A stretch of DNA of 64,000 bases, from the NCBI RefSeq assembly GCF_964355755.1, contig NC_092675.1:12767812-12831811 (forward strand), given 5' to 3'. The notes under the pieces were generated by a model. That model saw only the letters and a program-made list of their open reading frames with translations, had not been told where the DNA came from and did not search any database. Within the stretch, counting starts at the first letter, position 1; each line of letters opens with the position of its first letter. Positions 11,985 to 27,000 of this stretch are shown here, in pieces. Origin of the DNA: Antedon mediterranea (lineage: Eukaryota; Animalia; Echinodermata). The translations under genes were made by a program, and so were the position numbers.

Positions 11985-13349
11985 GTTTTAGACCATTTTG
12001 TGATTTTCGAAAAAACTTGTTAACATAAAAACATCAAAGTGTACAGAATAACTTCAAATCGCATTTGGAGACCGTTTTAGGCCAATTTGTGATTTTCGAA
12101 AAAACTTGTTAACCTAAAAATACCAAAGTGTTTAGAATAGCTTCAAATCGCATTTGGAGACGTTTTAGAACATTTTGTGATTTTCGAAAAAACTTGTTAA
12201 CATAAAAACACCAAAGTGCTTCAAATCGCATTTGGAGACATTTTAGACCAATTTGTGATTTTTGAAAAAACTTGTTAACATAAAAACACCAAAGTGCTTA
12301 CAATAGCTTCAAATCGTATTTGGAGACGTTTTAGACCATTTTGTGATTTTCGAAAAAACTTGTTAACATAAAAACACCAAAGTACTTAGAATAGCTTCAA
12401 ATCGCATTTGGAGACGTTTTAGACCATTTTATGCATTTCGATGAAACTTGGTTACACAAAAACATCAAAGTGCTTAAAATCACATTATAATCCGTTTTAG
12501 ACCATTTTGAGCATTTCGATAACACTTTTCACACAAAAACATCAAAGAGCACAAAATAGCTTAATATCGTATTTAAAAACTTTTTAGACCATTTTGAGCA
12601 TTTCGACAAAACTTTTTCACACAAAACACCAAAGTGCTTAGAATAGCTTCAAATCGCATTTGGAGACGTTTTAGACCATTTTGTGATTTTCGAAAAAAAT
12701 TGTTAACATAAAAACATCAAAGTGTACAGAATAGCTTCAAATCGCATTTGGAGACCGTTTTAGGCCAATTTGTGATTTTCGAAAAAACTTGTTAACCTAA
12801 AAATACCAAAGTGTTTAGAATAGCTTCAAATCGCATTTGGAGACGTTTTAGACCATTTTGTGATTTTCGAAAAAACTTGTTAACATAAAAACACCAAAGT
12901 GCTTCAAATCGCATTTGAGACATTTTAGACCAATTTGTGATTTTTGAAAAAACTTGTTAACATAAAAACACCAAAGTGCTTACAATAGCTTCAAATCGTA
13001 TTTGGAGACGTTTTAGACCATTTTGTGATTTTCGAAAAAACTTGTTAACATAAAAACACCAAAGTACTTAGAATAGCTTCAAATCGCATTTGGAGACGTT
13101 TTAGACCATTTTATGCATTTCGATGAAACTTGGTTACACAAAAACATCAAAGTGCTTAAAATCACATTATAATCCGTTTTAGACCATTTTGAGCATTTCG
13201 ATAACACTTTTCACACAAAAACATCAAAGAGCACAAAATAGCTTAATATCGTATTTAAAAACGTTTTAGACCATTTTGAGCATTTAGACAAAACTTTTTC
13301 ACACAAAACACCAAAGTGCTTAGAATAGCTTCAAATCGCATTTGGAGAC
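11985..13349 (+). repeat. Two tandem copies of a 683-bp, 8-monomer higher-order unit
   Basis: Marker gtgtacag is at 12039 and 12722 (offset 683). Both copies share gagaccgttttaggccaa, aacctaaaaata, gtgcttcaaat, cttacaat, agtactt, ttttatgc and ataatccg. The second copy is 682 bp (atttgaga, 1-bp deletion). Confidence 0.88.
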
Positions 13350-16300
13350 GTTTTAGAACATTTTGTGTTTTTCGAAAAAAACTGTTAACATAAAAACACC
13401 AAAGTGCTTAGAATAGCTTCAAATCGCATTTGGAGACGTTTTAGAACATTTTGTGTTCTTCGAAAAAACCTGTTAACATAAAAACACCAAAGTGCTTAGA
13501 ATAGCTTCAAATCGAATTTGGAGACGTTTTAGACCATTTTGTGATTTTTGAAAAAACTTGTTAACATAAAAACACCAAAGTGCTTAGAATAGCTTCAAAT
13601 CACATTTGGAGACGTTTTAGACCATTTTGTGATTTTCGAAAAAACTTGTTAACATAAAAACACGAAAGTGGTTAGAATAGCTTCAAATCGCATTTGGAAA
13701 CGTTTTAGACCATTTTGTGATTTTCGAAAAAGATTGTTAACATAAAAACACCAAAGTGCTTAGAATCACAATATAAACCGTTTTAGACCATTTTGAGCAT
13801 TTCGATAACAATTTTCACACAAAAACATCAAAGAGCACAAAATAGCTTAATATCGTATTTAAAAATGTTTTAGACAATTTTGAGCATTTAGATAAAACTT
13901 TTTCACACAAAACACCAAAGTGCTTAGAATAGCTTCAAATCGCATTTGGAGACGGTTTAGACCATTTTGTGATTTTGAAAAAACTTGTTAACATAAAAAC
14001 ACCAAAGTGCTTAGAATAGCTTCAAATCGTATTTGGAGACGTTTTAGACCATTTTGAGATTTTCGAAAAAACTTGGTTACACAAAAACATCAAAGTGCTT
14101 AAAATCACATTATAAACCGTTTTAGACCATTTTGAACATTTCGATAACACTTTTCACACAAAAACATCAAAGAGCACAAAATAGCTTAATATCGTATTTA
14201 AAAACGTTTTAGACCATTTTGAGCATTTCGACAAAACTTTTTCACACAAAACACCAAAGTGCTTAGAATAGCTTCAAATCGCATTTGGAGACGTTTTAGA
14301 CCAATTTGTGCATTTCGATGAAACTTGATTACACAAAAACATCAACGTGCTTAAAATCACATTATAAACCGTTTTAGACCATTTTGAGCATTTCGATAAC
14401 ACTTTTCACACAAAAACATCAAAGAGCACAAAATAGCTTAATATCGTATTTAAAAACGTTTTAGACCATTTTGAGCATTTAGACAAAACTTTTTCACACA
14501 AAACACCAAAGTGCTTAGAATAGCTTCAAATCGCATTTGGAGACGTTTTAGACCATTTTGTGCATTTCGATGAAACTTGGTTACACAAAAACATCAAAGT
14601 GCTTAAAATGACATTATAAATCGTTTTAGACCATTTTGAGCATTTCGACAAAACTTTTTCACACAAAATACCAAAGGGCTTAGAATAGCTTCAAATCGCA
14701 TTTGGAGTCGTTTTAGACCATTTTGTGATTTTCGAAAAAACTTTTTAACATAAAAACACCAAAGTGCTTAGAATAGCTTCAAATCACATTTGGAGACGTT
14801 TTAGACCATTTTGTGATTTTCGAAAAAACTTGTTAACATAAAAACACGAAAGTGCTTAGAATAGCTTCAAATCGCATTTGGAAACGTTTTAGACCATTTT
14901 GTGATTTTCGAAAAAAATTGTTAACATAAAAACACCAAAGTGCTTAGAATCACATTATAAACCGTTTTAGACCATTTTGAGCATTTCGATAACAATTTTC
15001 ACACAAAAACATCAAAGAGCACAAAATAGCTTAATATCGTATTTAAAAATGTTTTAGACCATTTTGAGCATTTAGATAAAATTTTTCACACAAAACACCA
15101 AAGTGCTTAGAATAGCTTCAAATCGCATTTGGAGACGGTTTAGACCATTTTGTGATTTTGAAAAAACTTGTTAACATAAAAACACCAAAGTGCTTAGAAT
15201 AGCTTCAAATCGCATTTGGAGACCTTTTAGACCATTTTGTGATTTTCGAAAAAACTTGTTAACATAAAAACACCAAAGTGCTTAGAATAGCTTCAAATCG
15301 TATTTGGAGACGTTTTAGACCATTTTGAGATTTTCGAAAAAACTTGGTTACACAAAAACATCAAAGTGCTTAAAATCACATTATAAACCGTTTTAGACCA
15401 TTTTGAGCATTTCGATAACACTTTTCACACAAAAACATCAAAGAGCACAAAATAGCTTAATATCGTATTTAAAAACGTTTTAGACCATTTTGAGCATTTC
15501 GACAAAACTTTTTCACACAAAACACCAAAGTGCTTAGAATAGCTTCAAATCGCATTTGGAGACGTTTTAGACCAATTTGTGCATTTCGATGAAACTTGAT
15601 TACACAAAAACATCAAAGTGCTTAAAATCACATTATAAACCGTTTTAGACCATTTTGAGCATTTCGATAACACTTTTCACACAAAAACATCAAAGAGCAC
15701 AAAATAGCTTAATATCGTATTTAAAAACGTTTTAGACCATTTTGAGCATTTAGACAAAACTTTTTCACACAAAACACCAAAGTGCTTAGAATAGCTTCAA
15801 ATCGCATTTGGAGACGTTTTAGACCATTTTGTGCATTTCGATGAAACTTGGTTACACAAAAACATCAAAGTGCTTAAAATCACATTATATATCGTTTTAG
15901 ACCATTTTGAGCATTTCGACAAAACTTTTTCACACAAAATACCAAAGTGCTTAGAATAGCTTCAAATCGCATTTGGAGACGTTTTAGACCATTTTGTGAT
16001 TTTCGAAAAAACTTTTTAACATAAAAACACCAAAGTGCTTAGAATAGCTTCAAATCACATTTGGAGACGTTTTAGACCATAAGTGCTTAGAATCACATTA
16101 TAAACCGTTTTAGACCATTTTGAGCATTTCGATAACAATTTTCACACAAAAACATCAAAGAGCACAAAATAGCTTAATATCGTATTTAAAAATGTTTTAG
16201 ACCATTTTGAGCATTTAGATAAAACCTTTTCACACAAAACACCAAAGTGCTTAGAATAGCTTCAAATCGCATTTGGAGACGTTTTAGACCATTTTGTGAT

Positions 16301-16720
16301 TTTTGAAAAAACTTGTTAACATAAAAACACCAAAGTGCTTAGAATAGCTTCAAATCACATTTGGAGACGTTTTAGACCATTTTGTGATTTTCGAAAAAAC
16401 TTGTTAACATAAAAACACGAAAGTGCTTAGAATAGCTTCAAATCGCATTTGGAAACGTTTTAGACCATTTAGTGATTTTCGAAAAAACTTGTTAACATAA
16501 AAACACGAAAGTGCTTAGAATAGCTTCAAATCGCATTTGGAAACGTTTTAGACCATTTTGTGATTTTCGAAAAAAATTGTTAACATAAAAACACCAAAGT
16601 GTTTAGAATAGCTTCAAATCACATTTGGAGACGTTTTAGACCAATTTGTGATTTTCGAAAAAACTTATCAACATAAAAACACCAAAGGGTTTAGAATAGC
16701 TTCAAATCGCATTTGGAGAC

Positions 16721-17731
16721 GTTTTAGACCATTTTGTGATTTTCGAAAAAACTTGTTAACATAAAAACACCAAAGTGCTTCAAATCGCATTTGGAGACAT
16801 TTTAGACCAATTTGTGATTTTTGAAAAAACTTGTTAACATAAAAACACCAAAGTGCTTACAATAGCTTCAAATCGTATTTGGAGACGTTTTAGACCATTT
16901 TGTGATTTTCGAAAAAACTTGTTAACATAAAAACACCAAAGTACTTAGAATAGCTTCAAATCGCATTTGGAGACGTTTTAGACCATTTTATGCATTTCGA
17001 TGAAACTTGGTTACACAAAAACATCAATGTGCTTAAATTCACATTATAATCCGTTTTAGACCATTTTGAGCATTTCGATAACACTTTTCACACAAAAACA
17101 TCAAAGAGCACAAAATAGCTTAATATCGTATTTAAAAACGTTTTAGACCATTTTGAGCATTTAGACAAAACTTTTTCACACAAAACACCAAAGTGTTTAG
17201 AATAGCTTCAAATCGCATTTGGAGACGTTTTAGACCATTTTGTGATTTTCGAAAAAACTTGTTAACATAAAAACACCAAAGTGCTTCAAATCGCATTTGA
17301 GACATTTTAGACCAATTTGTGATTTTTGAAAAAACTTGTTAACATAAAAACACCAAAGTGCTTACAATAGCTTCAAATCGTATTTGGAGACGTTTTAGAC
17401 CATTTTGTGATTTTCGAAAAAACTTGTTAACATAAAAACACCAGAGTACTTAGTATAGCTTCAAATCGCATTTGGAGACGTTTTAGACCATTTTATGCAT
17501 TTCGATGAAACTTGGTTACACAAAAACATCAAAGTGCTTAAAATCACATTATAATCCGTTTTAGACCATTTTGAGCATTTCGATAACACTTTTCACACAA
17601 AAACATCAAAGAGCACAAAATAGCTTAATATCGTATTTAAAAACTTTTTAGACCATTTTGAGCATTTCGACAAAACTTTTTCACACAAAACACCAAAGTG
17701 CTTAGAATAGCTTCAAATCGCATTTGGAGAC
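16721..17731 (+). repeat. Two tandem copies of a 506-bp, 6-monomer unit (truncated form of the 683-bp unit)
   Basis: gtgcttcaaatc is at 16775 and 17281 (offset 506). The same pair recurs at 59006 and 59512. Confidence 0.85.
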
Positions 17732-20700
17732 GTTTTAGACCATTTTGTGATTTTCGAAAAAAATTGTTAACATAAAAACATCAAAGTGTACAGAATAGCT
17801 TCAAATCGCATTTGGAGACCGTTTTAGGCCAATTTGTGATTTTCGAAAAAACTTGTTAACCTAAAAATACCAAAGTGTTTAGAATAGCTTCAAATCGCAT
17901 TTGGAGACGTTTTAGACCATTTTGTGATTTTCGAAAAAACTTGTTAACATAAAAACACCAAAGTGCTTAGAATAGCTTCAAATCGCATTTGGAGACATTT
18001 TAGACCAATTTGTGATTTTCGAAAAAACTTATCAACATAAAAACACCAAAGGGTTTAGAATATCTTCAAATCGCATTTGGAGACGTTTTAGACCATTTTG
18101 TGATTTTCGAAAAAACTTGTTAACATAAAAACACCAAAGTGCTTAGAATAGCTTCAAATCGCATTTGGAGACGTTTTAGACCAATTTGTGATTTTCGAAA
18201 AAACTTATCAACATAAAAACACCAAAGGGTTTAGAATAGCTTCATTTGGAGACGTTTTAGACCATTTTGTGATTTTGAAAAAACTTGTTAACATAAAAAC
18301 ACCAAAGTGCTTAGAATAGCTTCAAATCGCATTTGGAGACGTTTTAGACCATTTTGTGATTTTCGAAAAAACTTGTTAACATAAAAACACCAAAGTGCTT
18401 AGAATAGCTTCAAATCGTATTTGGAGACGTTTTAGACCATTTTGAGATTTTCGAAAAAACTTGGTTACACAAAAACATCAAAGTGCTTAAAATCACATTA
18501 TAAACCGTTTTAGACCATTTTGAGCATTTCGATAACACTTTTCACACAAAAACATCAAAGAGCACAAAATAGCTTAATATCGTATTTAAAAACGTTTTAG
18601 ACCATTTTGAGCATTTCGACAAAACTTTTTCACACAAAACACCAAAGTGCTTAGAATAGCTTCAAATCGCATTTGGAGACGTTTTAGACCAATTTGTGAT
18701 TTTTGAAAAAACTTGTTAACATAAAAACACCAAAATGCTTAGAATAGCTTCAAATCACATTTGGAGACGTTTTAGACCATTTTGTGATTTTCGAAAAAAC
18801 TTGTTAACATAAAAACACGAAAGTGCATAGAATAGCTTCAAATCGCCTTTGGAAACGTTTTAGACCATTTTGTGATTTTCGAAAAAACTTTTTAACATAA
18901 AAACACGAAAGTGCTTAGAATCACATTATAAACAGTTTTAGACCATTTTGAGCATTTCGATAACAATTTTCACACAAAAACATCAAAGAGCACAAAATAG
19001 CTTAATATCGTATTTAAAAATGTTTTAGACCATTTTGAGCATTTAGATAAAACTTTTTCACACAAAACACCAAAGTGCTTAGAATAGCTTCAAATCGCAT
19101 TTGGAGACGTTTTAGACCATTTTGTGATTTTTGAAAAAACTTGTTAACATAAAAACACCAAAGTGCTTAGAATAGCTTCAAATCACATTTGGAGATGTTT
19201 TAGACCATTTTGTGATTTTTGAAAAAACTTGTTAACATAAAAACACGAAAGTGCTTAGAATAGCTTCAAATCGCATTTGGAAACGTTTTAGACCATTTTG
19301 TGATTTTTGATAAAGATTGTTAACATAAAAACACCAATGTGCTTAGAATCACATTATAAACCGTTTTAGACCATTTTGAGCATTTCGATAACAATTTTCA
19401 CACAAAAACATCAAAGAGCACAAAATAGCTTAATATCGTATTTATAAATGTTTTAGACCATTTTGAGCATTTCGACAAAACTTTTTCACACAAAACACCA
19501 AAGTGCTTAGAATAGTTTCAAATCGCATTTGGAGACGTTTTTTATACCATTTTGTGATTTCGATGAAACTTGATTACACAAAAACATCAAAGTGCTTAAA
19601 ATCACATTATAAACCGTTTTAGACCATTTTGAGCATTTCGATAACACTTTTCACACAAAAACATCAAAGAGCACAAAATAGCTTAATATCGTATTTAAAA
19701 ACGTTTTAGACCATTTTGAGCATTTAGACAAAACTTTTTCACACAAAACACCAAAGTGCTTAGAATAGCTTCAAATCGCATTTGGAGACGTTTTAGAACA
19801 TTTTGTGTTTTTTGAAAAAAACTGTTAACATAAAAACACCAAAGTGCTTAGAATAGCTTCAAATCGCATTTGGAGACGTTTTAGAACATTTTGTGTTCTT
19901 CGAAAAAACCTGTTAACATAAAAACACCAAAGTGCTTAGAATAGCTTCAAATCGCATTTGGAGACGTTTTAGACCATTCTGTGATTTTTGAAAAAACTTG
20001 TTAACATAAAAACACCAAAGTGCTTAGAATAGCTTCAAATCACATTTGGAGACGTTTTAGACCATTTTGTGATTTTCGAAAAAACTTGTTAACATAAAAA
20101 CACGAAAGTGCTTAGAATAGCTTCAAATCGCATTTGGAGACGTTTTAGAACATTTTGTGTTCTTCGAAAAAACCTGTTAACATAAAAACTCCAAAGTGCT
20201 TAGAATAGCTTCAAATCGCATTTGGAGACGTTTTAGACCATTTTGTGATTTTCGAAAAAACTTGTTAACATAAAAACACGAAAGTGCTTAGAATAGCTTC
20301 AAATCGCATTTGGAAACGTTTTAGACCATTTTGTGATTTTCGAAAAAACTTGTTAACATAAAAACACGAAAGTGCTTAGAATAGCTTCAAATCGCATTTG
20401 GAAACGTTTTAGACCATTTTGTGATTTTCGAAAAAAATTGTTAACATAAAAACACCAAAGTGTTTAGAATAGCTTCAAATCGCATTTGGAGACGTTTTAG
20501 ACCAATTTGTGATTTTCGAAAAAACTTATCAACATAAAAACACCAAAGGGTTTAGAATAGCTTCAAATCGCATTTGGAGACGTTTTAGACCATTTTGTGA
20601 TTTTCGAAAAAACTTGTTAACATAAAAACACGAAAGTGCTTAGAATAGCTTCAAATCGCATTTGGAAACGTTTTAGACCATTTTGTGATTTTCGAAAAAA

Positions 20701-21037
20701 CTTGTTAACATAAAAACATGAAAGTGCTTAGAATAGCTTCAAATCGTATTTGGAGACGTTTTAGACCATTTTGTGATTTTCGAAAAAACTTGTTAACATA
20801 AAAACACCAATGTGCTTAGAATAGCTTCAAATCGCATTTTGAGACGTTTTAGACCATTTTGTGCATTTCGATGAAACTTGGTTACACAAAAACATCAAAG
20901 TGCTTAAAATCACATTATAAACCATTTTAGACCATTTTGAGCATTTCGATAACACTTTTCACACAAAAACATCAAAGAGCACAAAATAGCTTAATGTCGT
21001 ATTTAAAAATGTTTTAGACCATTTTGAGCATTTAGAT

Positions 21038-24000
21038 AAAACTTTTTCACACAAAACACCAAAGTGCTTAGAATAGCTTCAAATCGCATTTGGAGACGGT
21101 TTAGACCATTTTGTGATTTTGAAAAAACTTGTTAACATAAAAACACCAAAGTGCTTAGAATAGCTTCAAATCGCATTTGGAGACGTTTTAGACCATTTTG
21201 TGATTTTCGAAAAAACTTGTTAACATAAAAACACCAAAGTGCTTAGAATAGCTTCAAATCGTATTTGGAGACGTTTTAGACCATTTTGAGATTTTCGAAA
21301 AAACTTGGTTACACAAAAACATCAAAGTGCTTAAAATCACATTATAAACCGTTTTAGACCATTTTGAACATTTCGATAACACTTTTCACACAAAAACATC
21401 AAAGAGCACAAAATAGCTTAATATCGTATTTAAAAACGTTTTAGACCATTTTGAGCATTTCGACAAAACTTTTTCACACAAAACACCAAAGTGCTTAGAA
21501 TAGCTTCAAATCGCATTTGGAGACGTTTTAGACCAATTTGTGATTTTCGAAAAAACTTTTTAACATAAAAACACCAAAGTGCTTAGAATAGCTTCAAATC
21601 ACATTTGGAGACGTTTTAGACCATTTTGTGATTTTCGAAAAAACTTGTTAACATAAAAACACGAAAGTGCTTAGAATAGCTTCAAATCGCATTTGGAAAC
21701 GTTTTAGACCATTTTGTGATTTTCGAAAAAAATTGTTAACATAAAAACACCAAAGTGCTTAGAATCACATTATAAACCGTTTTAGACCATTTTGAGCATT
21801 TCGATAACAATTTTCACAAAAAAACATCAAAGAGCACAAAATAGCTTAATATCGTATTTAAAAATGTTTTAGACCATTTTGAGCATTTAGATAAAACTTT
21901 TTCACACAAAACACCAAAGTGCTTAGAATAGCTTCAAATCGCATTTGGAGACGTTTTAGACCATTTTGTGATTTTTGAAAAAACTTGTTAACATAAAAAC
22001 ACCAAAGTGCTTAGAATAGCTTCAAATCACATTTGGAGACGTTTTAGACCATTTTGTGATTTTCGAAAAAACTTGTTAACATAAAAACACGAAAGTGCTT
22101 AGAATAGCTTCAAATCGCATTTGGAAACGTTTTAGACCATTTAGTGATTTTCGAAAAAACTTGTTAACATAAAAACACGAAAGTGCTTAGAATAGCTTCA
22201 AATTGCATTTGGAAACGTTTTAGACCATTTTGTGATTTTCGAAAAAAATTGTTAACATAAAAACACCAATGTGCTTAGAATCACATTATAAACCGTTTTA
22301 GACCATTTTGAGCATTTCGATAACAATTTTCACACAAAAACATCAAAGAGCACAAAATAACTTAATATCGTATTTATAAATGTTTTAGACCATTTTGAGC
22401 ATTTCGACAAAACTTTTTCACACAAAACACCAAAGTGCTTAGAATAGCTTCAAATCGCATTTGGAGACGTTTTAGACCATTTTGTGATTTCGATGAAACT
22501 TGATTACACAAAAACATCAAAGTGCTTAAAATCACATTATAAACCGTTTTAGACCATTTTGAGCATTTCGATAACACTTTTCACAAAAAAACATCAAAGA
22601 GCACAAAATAGCTTAATATCGTATTTAAAAACGTTTTAGACCATTTTGAGCATTTAGACAAAACTTTTTCACACAAAACACCAAAGTGCTTAGAATAGCT
22701 TCAAATCGCATTTGGAGACGTTTTAGAACATTTTGTGTTTTTCGAAAAAAACTGTTAACATAAAAACACCAAAGTGCTTAGAATAGCTTCAAATCGCATT
22801 TGGAGACGTTTTAGAACATTTTGTGTTCTTCGAAAAAACCTGTTAACATAAAAACACCAAAGTGCTTAGAATAGCTTCAAATCGCATTTGGAGACGTTTT
22901 AGACCATTTTGTGATTTTTGAAAAAACTTGTTAACATAAAAACACCAAAGTGCTTAGAATAGCTTCAAATCACATTTGGAGACGTTTTAGACCATTTTGT
23001 GATTTTCGAAAAAACTTGTTAACATAAAAACACGAAAGTGCTTAGAATAGCTTCAAATCGCATTTGGAAACGTTTTAGACCATTTTGTGATTTTCGAAAA
23101 AGATTGTTAACATAAAAACACCAAAGTGCTTAGAATCACAATATAAACCGTTTTAGACCATTTTGAGCATTTCGATAACAATTTTCACACAAAAACATCA
23201 AAGAGCACAAAATAGCTTAATATCGTATTTAAAAATGTTTTAGACCATTTTGAGCATTTAGATAAAATTTTTCACACAAAACACCAAAGTGCTTAGAATA
23301 GCTTTAAATCGCATTTGGAGACGGTTTAGACCATTTTGTGATTTTGAAAAAACTTGTTAACATAAAAACACCAAAGTGCTTAGAATAGCTTCAAATCGTA
23401 TTTGGAGACTTTTTAGACCATTTTGAGATTTTCGAAAAAACTTGGTTACACAAAAACATCAAAGTGCTTAAAATCACATTATAAACCGTTTTAGACCATT
23501 TTGAACATTTCGATAACACTTTTCACACAAAAACATCAAAGAGCACAAAATAGCTTAATATCGTATTTAAAAACGTTTTAGACCATTTTGAGCATTTCGA
23601 CAAAACTTTTTCACACAAAACACCAAAGTGCTTAGAATAGCTTCAAATCGCATTTGGAGACGTTTTAGACCAATTTGTGCATTTCGATGAAACTTGATTA
23701 CACAAAAACATCAACGTGCTTAAAATCACATTATAAACCGTTTTAGACCATTTTGAGCATTTCGATAACACTTTTCACACAAAAACATCAAAGAGCACAA
23801 AATAGCTTAATATCGTATTTAAAAACGTTTTAGACCATTTTGAGCATTTAGACAAAACTTTTTCACACAAAACACCAAAGTGCTTAGAATAGCTTCAAAT
23901 CGCATTTGGAGACGTTTTAGACCATTTTGTGCATTTCGATGAAACTTGGTTACACAAAAACATCAAAGTGCTTAAAATCACATTATAAATCGTTTTAGAC

Positions 24001-27000
24001 CATTTTGAGCATTTCGACAAAACTTTTTCACACAAAATACCAAAGGGCTTAGAATAGCTTCAAATCGCATTTGGAGACGTTTTAGACCATTTTGTGATTT
24101 TCGAAAAAACTTTTTAACATAAAAAGACCAAAGTGCTTAGAATAGCTTCAAATCACATTTGGAGACGTTTTAGACCATTTTGTGATTTTCGAAAAAACTT
24201 GTTAACATAAAAACACGAAAGTGCTTAGAATAGCTTCAAATCGCATTTGGAAACGTTTTAGACCATTTTGTGATTTTCGAAAAATATTGTTAACATAAAA
24301 ACACCAAAGTGCTTAGAATCACATTATAAACCGTTTTAGACCATTTTGAGCATTTCGATAACAATTTTCACACAAAAACATCAAAGAGCACAAAATAGCT
24401 TAATATCGTATTTAAAAATGTTTTAGACCATTTTGAGCATTTAGATAAAACTTTTTCACACAAAACACCAAAGTGCTTAGAATAGCTTCAAATCGCATTT
24501 GGAAACGTTTTAGACCATTTTGTGATTTTCGAAAAAAATTGTTAACATAAAAACACCAAAGTGTTTAGAATAGCTTCAAATCGCATTTGGAGACGTTTTA
24601 GACCAATTTGTGATTTTCGAAAAAACTTATCAACATAAAAACACCAAAGGGTTTAGAATAGCTTCAAATCGCATTTGGAGACGTTTTAGACCATTTTGTG
24701 ATTTTCGAAAAAACTTGTTAACATAAAAACACGAAAGTGCTTAGAATAGCTTCAAATCGCATTTGGAAACGTTTTAGACCATTTTGTGATTTTCGAAAAA
24801 ACTTGTTAACATAAAAACATGAAAGTGCTTAGAATAGCTTCAAATCGTATTTGGAGACGTTTTAGACCATTTTGTGATTTTCGAAAAAACTTGTTAACAT
24901 AAAAACACCAATGTGCTTAGAATAGCTTCAAATCGCATTTTGAGACGTTTTAGACCATTTTGTGCATTTCGATGAAACTTGGTTACACAAAAACATCAAA
25001 GTGCTTAAAATCACATTATAAACCATTTTAGACCATTTTGAGCATTTCGATAACACTTTTCACACAAAAACATCAAAGAGCACAAAATAGCTTAATATCG
25101 TATTTAAAAACGTTTTAGACCATTTTGAGCATTTCGACAAAACTTTTTCACACAAAACACCAAAGTGCTTAGAATAGCTTCAAATCGCATTTGGAGACGT
25201 TTTAGACCATTTTGTGATTTTCGAAAAAACTTGTTAACATAAAAACATCAAAGTGTACAGAATAACTTCAAATCGCATTTGGAGACCGTTTTAGGCCAAT
25301 TTGTGATTTTCGAAAAAACTTGTTAACCTAAAAATACCAAAGTGTTTAGAATAGCTTCAAATCGCATTTGGAGACGTTTTAGAACATTTTGTGATTTTCG
25401 AAAAAACTTGTTAACATAAAAACACCAAAGTGCTTCAAATCGCATTTGGAGACATTTTAGACCAATTTGTGATTTTTTAAAAAACTTGTTAACATAAAAA
25501 CACCAAAGTGCTTACAATAGCTTCAAATCGTATTTGGAGACGTTTTAGACCATTTTGTGATTTTCGAAAAAACTTGTTAACATAAAAACACCAAAGTACT
25601 TAGAATAGCTTCAAATCGCATTTGGAGACGTTTTAGACCATTTTATGCATTTCGATGAAACTTGGTTACACAAAAACATCAAAGTGCTTAAAATCACATT
25701 ATAATCCGTTTTAGACCATTTTGAGCATTTCGATAACACTTTTCACACAAAAACATCAAAGAGCACAAAATAGCTTAATATCGTATTTAAAAACTTTTTA
25801 GACCATTTTGAGCATTTCGACAAAACTTTTTCACACAAAACACCAAAGTGCTTAGAATAGCTTCAAATCGCATTTGGAGACGTTTTAGACCATTTTGTGA
25901 TTTTCGAAAAAAATTGTTAACATAAAAACACCAAAGTGCTTAGAATAGCTTCAAATCGTATTTGGAGACGTTTTAGACCATTTTGAGATTTTCGAAAAAA
26001 CTTGGTTACACAAAAACATCAAAGTGCTTAAAATCACATTATAAACCGTTTTAGACCATTTTGAACATTTCGATAACACTTTTCACACAAAAACATCAAA
26101 GAGCACAAAATAGCTTAATATCGTATTTAAAAACGTTTTAGACCATTTTGAGCATTTCGACAAAACTTTTTCACACAAAACACCAAAGTGCTTAGAATAG
26201 CTTCAAATCGCATTTGGAGACGTTTTAGACCAATTTGTGCATTTCGATGAAACTTGATTACACAAAAACATCAACGTGCTTAAAATCACATTATAAACCG
26301 TTTTAGACCATTTTGAGCATTTCGATAACACTTTTCACACAAAAACATCAAAGAGCACAAAATAGCTTAATATCGTATTTAAAAACGTTTTAGACCATTT
26401 TGAGCATTTAGACAAAACTTTTTCACACAAAACACCAAAGTGCTTAGAATAGCTTCAAATCGCATTTGGAGACGTTTTAGACCATTTTGTGCATTTCGAT
26501 GAAACTTGGTTACACAAAAACATCAAAGTGCTTAAAATCACATTATAAATCGTTTTAGACCATTTTGAGCATTTCGACAAAACTTTTTCACACCAAATAC
26601 CAAAGGACTTAGAATAGCTTCAAATCGCATTTGGAGACGTTTTAGACCATTTTGTGATTTTCGAAAAAACTTTTTAACATAAAAACACCAAAGTGCTTAG
26701 AATAGCTTCAAATCACATTTGGAGACGTTTTAGACCATAAGTGCTTAGAATCACATTATAAACCGTTTTAGACCATTTTGAGCATTTCGATAACAATTTT
26801 CACACAAAAACATCAAAGAGCACAAAATAGCTTAATATCGTATTTAAAAATGTTTTAGACCATTTTGAGCATTTAGATAAAACTTTTTCACACAAAACAC
26901 CAAAGTGCTTAGAATAGCTTCAAATCGCATTTGGAGACGTTTTAGACCATTTTGTGATTTTTGAAAAAACTTGTTAACATAAAAATACCAAAGTGCTTAG

